Source of the DNA: Zygnema circumcarinatum SAG 698-1b
Lineage: Eukaryota; Plantae; Zygnematophyceae
Assembly: GCA_037447605.1 (NCBI GenBank)
Contig: CM074805.1
Location: 898,062 to 962,061, forward strand
Reading direction: 5' to 3'
DNA: 64,000 nucleotides
Made by a program: the position numbers and the translations under genes. Positions within the stretch are counted from its first letter, which is position 1. The number at the start of each line of letters is the position of its first letter. Of this stretch, positions 1 to 12,289 are shown one piece after another. A model generated the notes under the pieces. It was given only the letters and a program-made list of their open reading frames with translations, was not told where the DNA came from and did not search any database.

Positions 1-220
1 CTTTTTGGAATGGCATGGGGCCATGGTGCTGCTTGGGCGGTCTATCATGGCATGATGGGCGATCGTCCAAATGGTTTGCTACAACTTTCCGTGTTCTCCA
101 TCAACTTGGTTCAACTCTGTTGGCGGTTCAGAAGTCCCGGGTTCCGTCCAGCGATCACTTGGTGTTGTAGGAAGAAAATGAAAGAACGGAAACTTTCATT
201 GAAAATGGCATTGATCCTTG

Positions 221-323
221 ATGGCGAGGAGACCATCAAATGTGCATGGCCAAAATCATCATAAGGAACCACGAGGAACTGGTCGCAAAGGAACTAAGCA
301 CAAAAGAAAAAAGCTAAGAGCGG
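221..323 (-). mobile_element. Short degenerate copy of the 3' part of the retroelement at 62300-63201
   Basis: Aligns by eye over ~100 nt to 62369-62475 (ATGGCGA..CCATCA.ATGTGCATGGCCAA..AAGGAACCACG.GGAACTGGTCGC.AAGGA). Confidence 0.65.
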
Positions 324-790
324 AGCGGTGTTGTGGTTTGCACGGTTTGCAGCATGATACTGGTAGAAAAGCTTCTATTGGCTACTTTTTCATTTTAACA
401 TTTGTCCTTGTGTCGTGTCTTCCTCTGTTAGTTTTCCGTTCTTTAGGTTTTTAGTTCTTTACTGTATCCCTTTGCAATTCAATCGATTGTTTGTTTTTCA
501 CCTTTTTTTCTCTTTTTCTTTATGGTGTTTCCATTTTAGGTCTTTTTGTTTTTGAAATCAAAACTTCGCAATAGTGCATAAATGCTTTATAAGAAATAAT
601 AATAATGAGAAGGACACACAATTTAAATCACAACTTAGCACCTAGAGCCTTTCTCATTCTCCATAATATATTTTTTAGTTGCGGATCTTTGATCACCACC
701 TCGTGACCCTTCAAAAAGTCTGTAACCCTAACCTTAATTTTGCCCGCAACTTCCCGCTCCGCTTCTGCCTCCCCTCGCGGAAGCGCCAGC

Positions 791-799
791 AAACCCTAA
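791..799 (+). promoter_or_regulatory. Telo-box AAACCCTAA about 100 bp upstream of the gene 1 ATG
   Basis: Exact AAACCCTAA in a GC-rich proximal promoter. A second copy is at 61045-61053, upstream of the WRKY19-like gene. Confidence 0.5.
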
Positions 800-892
800 T
801 TCGCCCTCGAGGGCCTGCCTGCCTCCCTCCCTCCCTGCACGGTACGCCTCTGGAAGCAGGGCAGGGCCCGCTGTTGCACAGAGGGCTCCGCC

Positions 893-3857
893 ATGTCTTA
901 CGTTCCGCCGCACAAGCGGCCAGGAAGGCAACTGGAGGGGGCGGCTTCTGGTGCACTGAGAGTGTCTCTGCGACAGTCGAAATTTCCAGACTTGGTCAAT
1001 GCGCCTGTGTACCGCCAGAACGTTTTAATAGTGCCATGGGATGACTGTTCTGTCGAGCCCGTTGAGCTGCAGCTGGTGCCGACGGCGGTTCCGCAACCCT
1101 ATTTCCATCTGCAGGGCAAGCAGCTCTATCTGGTGAAGCGCTTGCTTCAGCATGGTGAGGGCGGCATTCAAATCTGGGTTCTGCCATCAAGAGAGTTGTC
1201 TGAATTAATTTGATGTTGCGCCGTGTTTCTTTTTCCCTTTAAAAGAAGTGACACAAGTGAAAATAAACTTCGTTAGAGACAAGACAGGCACAAAAGAGAT
1301 GAGAGATATGAAGTCACAAAAACGAGGCGACTACTCTCCTTGTACACTTCCGGTAGACAGAAGACCATTCTTGTCACTCCTTTCATTTTCCGAATGCGAC
1401 ACTGACACTTCTATTCGTCCTCCTCTCTCCAATGCGTCTCTAGACTCCGGAGCTGCTTGCGAAGGCGCAGACCAGGGAGTCACTCTAGAAGCAGTGGAGC
1501 AGCACTTTCAAAAGTTAGAAATAGGTGGGAAGAATGAAGACACTTGGAGCGGAATCCCGGCAGTCAAATTGGTGCCGCCTATGGAACGCTTTCCAACTGC
1601 GATTGGGGAGCGAATTAGACCCATTCTGATGGAGGCTCTGGAATGCCTACGATTGCAGATGATGCATGTGGGGCCCAGTAGAGATCGTCGTGCAAAGTTA
1701 ACGTTGCGATTTGCAAAATTCTTGCTTTTCTCACGCACATGCAACACGTGAGCTAATGTTTTTTTGGAATTCGCTCCCCGTTTCTAGAGCATTTCAAAGA
1801 AACAGAAAAGAAATGAGGAAGTTTTCCTTTAGAGCTTTGGCACTAGCCGTGGAATGTGATTCGAAAAGAGTGCAGAAATGCAGGGCTACAGTTTCATTGT
1901 TGTTGTTTTGGTTTGCTTCACTTTTCTTTGGCGCAGACTCGATTTAGAGGGCATAAATCCCATCCTCGCTACCAAATTGGAGCGCCTTTTAGATATTAAT
2001 AGTAACCGGATATCCAAAAGTGTGGAGACCAATCTGGAGCCCGCCGTATATAGCAATTTGAATGACATTGCATCAGCACAAGCTACTGTTCGTTGGAACT
2101 CGCCTTCGACATACTTGATCATTGTAACTATAGTCTAGCCTTCACATGTGTCTCCCTTCCCCCCTTTTTCGTACTTTCGGATAGTCATCAGTTAAACGCA
2201 AATGCCTTTCTCCGAATCAAGAACAGGTAGTAGATGCAACATATGGGCTCAATGCAGGCCTCACTTTTTGGAAGGTGCAGCTTAGATGTAGAGTCCTAGG
2301 AATATGTATTGTCCTTTGGCCACATGCATGATGAAGTATTGACATCCTGAATGCTGGATTCCATTGCAGGTGAAAGTTGATGACCGCGTCGATACGGGGA
2401 TCCGTGTGTTTTGTGTCCCAACTTCTGATGAAAGTTCGCAGCTCCGTATTTATAAGGTCAAGTCTGCTCCTGGATAGTCATGCCTTTGTGCGTGCTCTGC
2501 TACGAGGACAGATACTTACAGGAGATGTGATTTGGGCTGTGACGATGTGGTTCTGAATTGTAGTCCTAAGAGATAAGAAAAAATGCGGAAGATACTGAAT
2601 AGAATTGCCCAGCGAAAAAGTAAAACTTAGTCAGCTCTCAATGGCATATATCGAGGGGAAAACTGTGCGTTATTGGTACTTTCAATGTCTCATCGTGCTC
2701 CAGAAGGAATGTAACTTGTCCACTGCATGCTGTGTTTGTTGATAAGTTCAACATGTATCGCTGCTCACTTTAATGACCAAGGTTTGAATTTCAGAATGCT
2801 TCTAGAAAGTTTCTGGTCATGCCTGGAATTCTTCAAATATTTCAACTCTAACAACGTTTTAAGTGGTATCTCCTGTGCAGATTAAACGTTCTACAGTCAG
2901 AGCGACCGATATCGACTTGATGTTGCTTGGCCGGATTGCCGACTGCCGAATCACACTCTGGGCAGAAAACCATTTGACCGAGTTACAGGTACCATTCATC
3001 TTTTTGAACGTCTGTATGAACCAATAATGCCTGAGTTTTACGCTATAAAAAGGTGCTAGAAAACCCACAATCCGAGGAAATCGGTGAGGCTGAAAAACCA
3101 CACCTCTGTTCTGAACATGCTAAATCTTTGTAGTTCTTTTCTCCAGGGGGAAGAAAAAGAAGCAGTTGACGCTATTGTGAGCGCGGCAGTGATCGATCCG
3201 ACCGTGAAGGGCGGCCTCCGTTGGCCTTTGGGAGGCACAAGCTCGCCGTGGCCCAGGACGAGGCTGAAGCAGAGACTCACTGTCTATAGTGTGTCTGTGA
3301 GATACAATGTCACACGTTACAAGTGTAAGCAGTGGAAATGGACGTTCCAATCTGTGAGGAACTACAATTGGGAGACCACTGAGGAGCGCTTCGTGAAGGA
3401 AGCCAAGATGATGCCACTGTTGTGGGGCCAAATGTTGAAGCAGGTGACTGAGGCAGTGGAGTTCCTATCTTTTTCTGAGTAGTGGACTTCCTTTTCTGTT
3501 TGTTGTGTTTTCATCATATTAGGGTTTGTTCCATCAGTTCGTAATGCTGTGGGTTTCCTGCAAGAAAGCTGCTACTGTCATCTTCACCGATGATTTAAAC
3601 TGGAAACTGAATCAAACTGTGTGAAAGTAATTTCTTCTTTGTTTTGACGTGTAATGCTTAGTTGTGTGCGTGTTTCCTTTTGCTGCCAGATCCGGCCCCC
3701 GAAGGTTGAAGCCAATCACCCCGAAGGGGAGTCAGATGGCAGCGGAGTATGTGGGGTGAGTGTCCCCCCGCCTCCCCCCTTTGATCCGGAGGCCATAGTG
3801 GGGGGCCTTGCGGCTCTCCTCGACTGGCTCAAGGAATATTCCGCTGTCAAAGCATGA
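893..3857 (+). CDS. Plant-conserved uncharacterised protein, 7 exons, ~470 aa (893-1154, 1444-1747, 1937-2123, 2370-2456, 2881-2988, 3147-3443, 3690-3857)
   Basis: All introns are GT-AG with consistent phases. The N-terminal MSYVPPHKR and internal SAAVIDPTVKGGLRWPLG match a land-plant family of unknown function as I recall it (MAYIPPHKR...DPxVKGGLRWPLG). Confidence 0.8.
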
Positions 3858-4280
3858 AAACGTGAGCGCCTGAACTTGAGCTTTGCAGCGTTTGCAAAGC
3901 CGGGCCTCATACTGTACACTCCTTGCATAGCCGTCATTGGGTCACTTTCTTCGTGAGCTTAGAAGGCAATTAGCATAGGCGAGCAGCAGCTTGTAATGTA
4001 CAAAGCAGAAAAGGTCAGATCGTCATCGTCCCTCCATCAGTGTGGCGAGAGCAGCACCTCCTTTAGACAGCTTACTTGGCTGCCTCCTTCCGGGCGGCAT
4101 GTTCGTCCATTTGTAACTCATGGGCCATGTGTTGTTGTTCAACATGCTCTAAGCCGCGCCCTCTCATGCACGCCCTTGCTTCCTCTTGTTGTCGTTTGTG
4201 GTGGTCCATCATGCCATGTGGCGACTCATGTGACTCATGCTCTGTCTCATGGCTCTAAACTTCACTTGCGAGTGTTAAAA

Positions 4281-5335
4281 ATGCCATGGCCATGCCATGC
4301 CATGCCCTGCCCTGCCCTGCCCTGCCCTGCCCTGCCCTGCCCTGCCCTGCCCTGCCCTGCCCTGCCCTGCCTGCCCGCCCGCCCTGCCCTGCCCTGCCCT
4401 GCCTGCCCTGCCTGCCTGCCCTGCCTGCCTGCCCTGCCCTGCCCTGCCCTGCCTGCCCTGCCCTGCCCTGCCCTGCCACGCCCTGCCCTGCCCTGCCCTG
4501 CCCTGCCCTGCCCGCCCGCCCTGCCCTGCCTGCCTGCCCTGCCCTGCCCTGCCTGCCCTGCCCTGCCTGCCCTGCCCTGCCCTGCCCTGCCCTGCCTGCC
4601 TGCCCTGCCCTGCCCTGCCCTGCCCTGCCCTGCCTGCCTGCCTGCCCTGCCCTGCCTGCCCTGCCCTGCCTGCCCTGCCCTGCCCTGCCCTGCTGCCCTG
4701 CCTGCCCTGCCCTGCCTGCCTGCCCTGCCCTGCCCTGCCCTGCCCTGCCCTGCCCTGCCCTGCCCTGCCCTGCCCTGCCCTGCCCTGCCCTGCCCTGCCT
4801 GCCCTGCCCTGCCCTGCCCTGCCCTGCCCTGCCCTGCCCTGCCCTGCCCTGCCCTGCCCTGCCCTGCCCTGCCCTGCCACGCCCTGCCCTGCCCTGCCCT
4901 GCCCTGCCCTGCCCTGCCCTGCTCCTGCCCTGCCCTGCCCTGCCCTGCCCTGCCCTGCCCTGCCCTGCCCTGCCCTGCCCTGCCCTGCCCTGCCTGCCCT
5001 GCCCTGCCTGCCCTGCCCTGCCCTGCCTGCCCTGCCCTGCCCTGCCCTGCCCTGCCCTGCCTGCCCTGCCCTGCCCTGCCTGCCCTGCCTGCCCTGCCCT
5101 GCCCTGCCCTGCCCTGCCCTGCCCTGCCCTGCCCTGCCCTGCCCTGCCCTGCCCTGCCTGCCCTGCCCTGCCCTGCCCTGCCCTGCCCTGCCCTGCCCTG
5201 CCCTGCCCTGCCCTGCCCTGCCCTGCCCTGCTCTGCCATGTCCTACCATGCCCTACCATGCCATGCCATGCCATGCCATGCCATGCCGTGCCATGCGATG
5301 CGATATGATGCCATGCGAGGCCATGCCATGCCATG
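4281..5335. repeat. ~1 kb compound microsatellite: (CCCTG)n core with CCTG variants, flanked on both sides by (CCATG)n
   Basis: Directly visible. It produces the spurious PCPAL and GQGRA ORFs. Confidence 0.98.
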
Positions 5336-6237
5336 ACACGTCACGTCACGTCTCTGGTCCCTGCGCACTGTAGTGAACCTTCATTCCGTCCGTCCGTTCG
5401 GCCAGAGGGCGGGGACGGCCGGGCCGGTCTCTGCCGCCTCGCCGGCACGCCGAGCGGCCCTGCCCGCACCGAAAATGTCTTCGCGCCTGCCCGTTCAGGG
5501 GCCAATCCGTTGAACGACTGCCCCGACCGTCCGATGCGCGCGATTTGGCTCCGGAGGGTTGCCCGCGCGACCGGTCAGAGCAGAAACTTTTTGTTTTATG
5601 TCTTCGCTTCCTTCAGGCAGGAAACGAAATGTTTTTTGCGCCGCGACGTTACGGCGGGAGGCCCCGGGCGGCAGACGGCGCCGCCGCATAAATCCAACGG
5701 TGAGATACGGCCCTTGGCCGGCCATTACTCGCCAACTGGCGCCTTTGTCGGCTATTGCCGGCCACCGACACGGCCCGACTTTGTCGCCTCAGTCCGCTTC
5801 TCCCCCGCCGCCTCGTGTACGGCACCGACATTAGCCAGACAGGTCAAACCCCGCTCCGACATCGGGCAGACAAAACAAACGCTGCCGACGCAGACCGAGC
5901 GGCACGAATTTCCACCGGATCTGACGATTCCTTGTTCGTACGCATGTCGTGGGACGTACGGACGACTGCACCGACTATACCAGCTGGCGCCCTCAATCAT
6001 GTGCGGAGCCCCCTTTGGCCGTACGGACTCCGCCCGGCTGACACCTCCCCCCTCCGCGGCGGGCGCGCCACGTGGCCCGGCGGCCCTCCCCTCAGCACCT
6101 CCCTCCCTCCCTCCCTCCCTCCCTCCCTCCCACCCTCCCTCCATGGCGGACGCGCGCTCTCCCTCCCTCCCTCGCAACGCTGAGCCCTGAACCCTGAACA
6201 GCTGCGCGGCGGCTGCAAGGGCCGGTGGGAGGGCGGC

Positions 6238-7261
6238 ATGGGGTGCTTCGCCTTCGGGCGCTCCAAGCGGAAGGTGCCCGACCAGCGCTCGCCCGACGCG
6301 GCGGAGCCGCACCGCCCCAAGGCCGCGCAGGAGGAGAAGGGGAAGGAGGGGCAGGGGGAGGCTCCACCCACCCCTACCGCCCAAGCACCACCACCAGTAG
6401 GAGGAGAAGGAGGAGGAGGAGGAGCTACTGTGATGCTTCGCTCCTCCACCTTCCCCGCGGGCCCCGCCTCGTCTCCCTCCGCAAAGGCCCTCCTTACCGC
6501 CAAGTCCCACAACTCCACGGCGCCTCTGCCACTCCCGCTGCCCCTCTCGCCCGGCTCTCACGTCTCCCTCTCAAAAGACTCCTCCTCTCCCGCCCCCTCC
6601 CTCCCTCTCCCATCCTCCAAGGCGCAGGTTCACCCCATCCACCCTTCCAAAATACCCCACCCCCGCTCTCCCGGCGCCATTCTCTGGCCCTCCGGCTCCA
6701 AGTCTCACAAGTCGTCGCAGCCCCCCTCTCCCGCCACGCACTCTCCCCGCTCTCCCTCCTCCTCTACCGCTCCTCCCACTCCCGCAAACTCTAGCCTTAA
6801 ACATGCGGCCTCTCCCCAGCTCTTCGGGGGAGCCGCCGTCCCCTTGCCGACCCCCCCCCAGACCTCTCCCGGACCGAAGCTTCGCCGCATTCCATCGCTC
6901 GGGGAGCAGATCCCCGCGAATTTGCGGTTCTTTAGTGGAGCAGAACTTAGAACTGCGACGGATAATTTCTCGGAAGAGCACCTTCTCGGAGAGGGGGGCT
7001 TTGGCGCGGTCTATAAGGGCTATGTGGAGGAGTGGGTTCCTGTGGGAGGCGGTAAAGTCGCTCTCGAAAAGGTCGCTGTGGCAGTGAAGACTCTCAACGA
7101 GGATGGCCTCCAGGTACCCACTTCCCCTCTCTCCTTATCCTCACAATCTCCCACATTACTACATTCGACCGCATTGAGCTCTGGTATCACAAATTTCACC
7201 TCACCCTCAGTCAGTTAACCAACCCCATCATGCCTCTATCTTTCCCCTCTCCTGCGACCTT

Positions 7262-7350
<89 letters not shown>

Positions 7351-10300
7351 CCCCCTGTGCGAGTGAGTCCCTCCCTCCTTGCAGGGGCAGAAGGAGTGGT
7401 TGGCGGAGGTGAACTACTTGGGCAACCTCGCCCACCCCCGCCTTGTCCGCCTCCTCGGCGCGTGCTCGGAGGCCCCCCCCGGGCGGTGCCGCATGCTCGT
7501 CTACGAGTTCGTCGCGAACGGCAGCCTCGACCGCCACCTCTTTGAGGCGCCCAAGGGCGGGGCCCTCCCGTGGCTCGCACGCCTCCGGGTCGCACTGGAC
7601 GCCGCGCAGGGCCTCGTGCATCTGCACGAGGAGATAGAGCCGCCGGTAGGGAGAGGGAGAGGGAGGGAGAGGGGGGTGTTTTGAATAAGGGTGGACATGG
7701 ACCCCGCGGTGGAAAGTCGCCTCCTTTCCCTCTCTTTCTCTCCCCTTCTTATCTATGTCCTCCCTTTCTTCCCCTTCCCTTCAGGTGATCTTTCGCGACT
7801 TCAAGGCTGCGAATGTCCTCTTGGACGAGGCCCTCCACGCGAAGCTCTCCGACTTCGGGCTCGCCCGCGCGGGGCCGGAGGGCGACAACACGCACGTGAG
7901 CACGCGCGTGGTGGGCACGCCCGGGTACGCCGCGCCGGAGTACGTCCTCACGGGACACCTCACCGCGAGGAGCGACGTGTGGAGCTACGGCGTGGTGCTG
8001 CTCGAACTGCTCACGGGCCGCAGGGCCATGGACGAGGGGCGGCCCAAGGAGGAGGTCAGCCTGGTCGACTGGAGCAGGCCGTATCTCACGGAGAGGTGGG
8101 AGGGGGAGGGAGAGGGAGAGGGGGGAGGGGAGGGAGAGGAGTGGGAGGGGAAGGGAGAGGGAGAGGAGGAAGGGGAAGGAGAGGAGTGGGTGGGGAAGGG
8201 AGAGGGAGAGGAGGAAGGGGAAGGAGAGGAGTGGGTGGGGTAGGGAGAGCGGAAGAGAAGGGAGTAAGGAGTGAGGGAGGAAAGTGGGAGGAGTGCGAGG
8301 ACAGGGAGTGGGTGAAGGAGTGGGAGGAAAGGAAGAGGGGTGGGGGGGAGCGTGGCTGCAGGAGAGGGAGGGAGGGAGGTTGCATTCCCGGCGGAAGTAG
8401 AGAAATGGGAGTCGTGGTGGAGCAAAAGACAGGGGAGTGAGTGTGAGAGATGGGGCGCGGACAGGGGGATGCTCTCTCTGACACGTCACGCACTCTATTG
8501 TGATTCTCGCCTTGTTTTTTTTTCCTTTTTCAGTAGGAGGCTTTTCCGAATCATGGACCCCCTTTTGGAGGGGCGATATTCCGTGAAGGGCGCGCAGAAG
8601 GTGGCTGCTCTCGCCCAGCAGTGTCTGCAGAAGAACCCAAAGCAGCGCCCGCTGATGAGCGGAGTGGTGGCGGCTTTGGAGCCCCTGCAGGAGCTCACGG
8701 GTGAGGGAGGGAGGGAGGGAGGGAGGGAGGGAGGGAGGGAGGGGAGAAGACTGCTAAGTAAAATCTTAAGCAAACTGAGCAGCCTTAAGCACTCTGGGGA
8801 CTTTCCGTTGTTATGGGAGAGTCGGAGAAAGTGGTAGGAGGAGTTGCTGGTTGTTATGGGAAGGAGAGTGGTTAAGCATTAAAGCCAAATTTTGGATCTC
8901 AGACGACTCAGTTTAGGGCCCTTTCTAAACCAAAAAATGAGATTTGTGTAGAGTGCCAGGTTGGGATTGTACATGAGGCCACGGCTTGTCTAGTTCGTGT
9001 AGTTGCATTTGTAACGCTTTCGAAGCAGGTCCAGTATTTCTGTTTCAAGGCGTGTGAGCTAATCCTCACATGTCAGTTTAATTTCGTCATATATATACAT
9101 AAATGACAACGGAAGAGAGCAAGACAAGATTAGAGAGAGTAGATTAGTCGGAGCGGATAGAGCGAGCGAGAGAGAGAGTAGGGAGGACGGGAGGCAAAGA
9201 AGGTGGGGGAAGTGAGGAGAGTGCGAGTAAAGAAGACGGAGAGTGAAGTGGTACAGTGTACATTGACACTTTTGAAAGACATAGAATATCATCTGAGAGA
9301 TTGGTAATGCCGATCGACCATGCACAGGCACTCATGTAGGAAACCTCCCCTCCCTGAACTTCCTTCCGAGCTGTAGAACCTTAGATACTTTAGGTCCATG
9401 CCAGAGGTTTGCCTCATTCCCCTAATCCTAACCCTAATTCTAACCCAACCCTAACCCTTACCCTAATCCTAACCCTAACCCTAATCCCCCTCCCTCCCCC
9501 TTGTTTGCTCTGCCTCCTCAGACCTCGCCTGCAGCTCCCCCATCGGCTCTGAACCCAAAACCCCGACCACCTCCAGCTCGAGGACGCATTCCTCTTCCCG
9601 CATTCCAAGTGGCCGCTCGGGAGAGGCTCGCGCTTCCCCCCGACCTTCAGATCACCGCCACCTGTCGTCCCGGACGCCGTCCGATCAGTTCTCTCCAAGC
9701 ACGTCGAGCCGTCGATCGCCGCAGTCGCCTTCTCTGAGGGAGGAGGCGGCAGCGCGGGCGGCAGCTCACAGCCCTCCCAGCAAACACCCGCAACTGCCGC
9801 CAGGGAAGGAGGAGTACACGGCGCCGCTAGTGCTCTCCCTGAGAGAGAGAGCGAGTCAGGGAGGCAGCTTGAAGGACAGGAGAGGAGTGGCCCTAAGTCC
9901 TTTGGCTATAGGAAACCCGAAGCTGGGGAGGAGTAAGAGTCATAGGGGACCTCAGAGTGCTGATTCTAGACATGTGGGAACTGGGATGGGAGGGGGAGTT
10001 GAAGGGATAGAGGCACGAAGGCCGGCGACGGTGAAGACAACATTGCAGGAGAGGCGGGGGTTAGCGCTGAGTCCTCTTTCGGTGGGAGTGTCCAATGGAC
10101 AGGAGGGGCAGGAGAAGGGGGAGGGAGAGGTTGCTGGAGGGAACCACGAGGAACAGAGAGAGAGGAGGGAGAGGAGGTCGAGGAAGAAGGACAGGTCGAG
10201 GAGTAGCAGAAGCCTGCGAGCGGCTGCGAGTGTTGAGGGAGAGGAGGAGGCTGACTCCGGAAGCAGCTCCGAGGGGGTGCTGGAGAGACGGAAGGCGAGC

Positions 10301-10432
10301 AGGGGCGACTCGGGCAGCGAGGGATCGCGGCGGAGCAGGAGAGAGTCAAAGGGCGGCCTCGCGGAGGACACTGCGAGCAGTGGGAGCAGGTCGGGACGGG
10401 ACGCGGAGAGCGGGCAGCAGGAGGGCGTATGA
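6238..10432 (+). CDS. Receptor-like cytoplasmic kinase, RLCK-VII (PBL/BIK1/PBS1-like), 5 exons (6238-7113, 7385-7645, 7785-8095, 8534-8700, 9522-10432)
   Basis: N-terminal MGC acylation motif; [64 protein letters not shown]. Exon phases are consistent through to the stop at 10432. Confidence 0.93.
7262..7348. repeat. (ATC)29 trinucleotide microsatellite in RLCK intron 1
   Basis: Directly visible. Confidence 0.98.
8129..8240. repeat. Purine-rich 45-bp tandem repeat (~2.4 copies) in RLCK intron 3
   Basis: Unit GGAGAGGAGTGGG(A/T)GGGGAAGGGAGAGGGAGAGGAGGAAGGGGAA is repeated. Confidence 0.8.
9421..9486. repeat. Degenerate interstitial telomere-like (CCCTAA)n tract in RLCK intron 4
   Basis: About 11 CCCTAA/TCCTAA/TTCTAA units just upstream of the 3' splice site. 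Confidence 0.8.
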
Positions 10433-12289
10433 AGGCGGAGGGAGGGAGGGAGGAGGCCCTTTCTCACTGTCAAGGAGCGTTTCTTTTTTTTTTTTTAGTT
10501 TTTTTATGTCAATGCTATAGAGTGCGAATGAAAGGTATGGCCATGGCATGGCATGTGGGGCTGTAGGATATTAACTTCATGACTTTTTTATTTTTGAGTT
10601 TGGCCCGTCCATATGGAGATGGGCAATGTCTGTACGTCCCTCCAAGCAGAATTAGGAAAGCTTTCTCTTTCCGGCCGCTAGTGGCTGTCATGGTTTATTG
10701 TTTACTGAACTGTTAGCTTTGAATTACTCTGTCCAGCAGGTTGTAGGACTACTTTCAGCGATTTTAGGGTTGTGGTGTAACTTTAGGGTTGTTAAATAGA
10801 GTTATATTATACCGCAGGTAGTCTCGTGTCAGTCTATAAGGAGGCCTTCATTCTTTCAGACGAAAACGACGCATGGAGCTTGCTCGGGTGCGCACTCCGT
10901 GCGGTTTCCGCTTAGTTTGGCTCGTAGACAAAGAGAGGCTCCTGCTACTCCAGTTTAGAAACAGCACTCATTCTGTAGCCTCTCTTGTATTGTCCATTTA
11001 CTTTAGAAAAAAATAAGTCAATAAGGTCCTTGTAGCCGCTTTTCTTTCTCAAAAGTGGTTGGGTGGAATGGGGATCTGTTCTTTGGTCCTTCGCAGTTTC
11101 GAGATCAATGAAGGCCTCAGTAGATACTGCAAAACTGAAATCTGAATGGAGGGAGGACAGAAGGCGATGCCCATTTGCTGCAGCCCAAAAACGAAAAATG
11201 AAGGAATCGATGCAGACTGTTTACAAGTCCCTTCAATGCTAGTCACCCGATCCTCACCAGTCATATGATTAATACTACTAAGCGGCGAAATAATGTTAAG
11301 ATCCATAGAGAAATAGAGGACGCTGGATGGGGGGGGGATGACCTAACTGGGCAGGTACTCGATCCGATGGCTTCAGACTGTCAAGGCAGGAAAGGATCTT
11401 TGAGAAGCTAAGCTGATTATTGCTAACCCATCAGAATTGACTTTTCCAAAAGCAACAGCTCGAAAAAACGAACTGCAATCGTAAAGGGTTATGCAGGGCA
11501 TGTCTCGGCACGAAATGAAAGCTCCAAGGCTTTTTAAGTCGCCAACATTCAGTCAAATATGATCCTAAAGGACAGAGGAAAGAGAACTGGGAGACCACTA
11601 ATGCAGACGCCACTGGAACCTTATTCTTCATCTGCGGTAACAATTTTTGTCTCACATACACCAGTTTCAGAAGAATCAGCGACTACATAAAATCAAGAAG
11701 AAACAGAACACGAGACAAGATCAACGTAAAGTTGGCGAAAAGCAAAGTTTCTTCCTTAAAGTCAGTGGTGGGTACAAGCAAATCTTTATTCAGGCTGCTA
11801 CAATGCCTCAATATTGGAGCCGATTACTACACCTTGCCCTCACCAAAACAGAACCCTAACCCTGCTCGCTGCCAATATTCCGGCAAATCTTTTCAAATGC
11901 TGCAACTCAAATGTACAAAAAAATGATTGCAGCCAATAACTGCATAGAAACAATGTGGAACTCGAGCCCCTGCCTGCAGTCACTAAAATTCCCTTGAAAG
12001 CCCGCGAGCGACATCATCACTTATTTCTGGAGTCACCACAGATTGAAAGAACGACAAAGACGATGACGCTAGCGAGGGAACAGGTAATAGCTTCCGTCAT
12101 CGTCCATCATGGCTTCCGATCCACACTTCATAACTACCAGCAGATGGCCGAGCCTCAACTCTTCACGAGATGAAGTTGTCAGGATGGACAACTCTGCAGC
12201 GAATTGCACCTGTGAAATTCTCCGTCCAAAACGGGGCAAATACATCCTTTTCAAACTCCAGGAGTGCTCAAATGCTACGAGTCACAAGC

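Noticed and set aside
1115-1121. Possible GC donor in gene 1 exon 1
   Set aside because: A canonical ATG|GTGAGG donor at 1155 in the same phase explains the junction.
3996-5373. Six long ORFs (PCPAL/GQGRA repeats, up to 446 aa)
   Set aside because: Artefacts of a stop-free pentanucleotide microsatellite, open in all frames on both strands.
7211-7627. Poly-Asp and poly-Ser ORFs
   Set aside because: Translations of the intronic (ATC)29 repeat.
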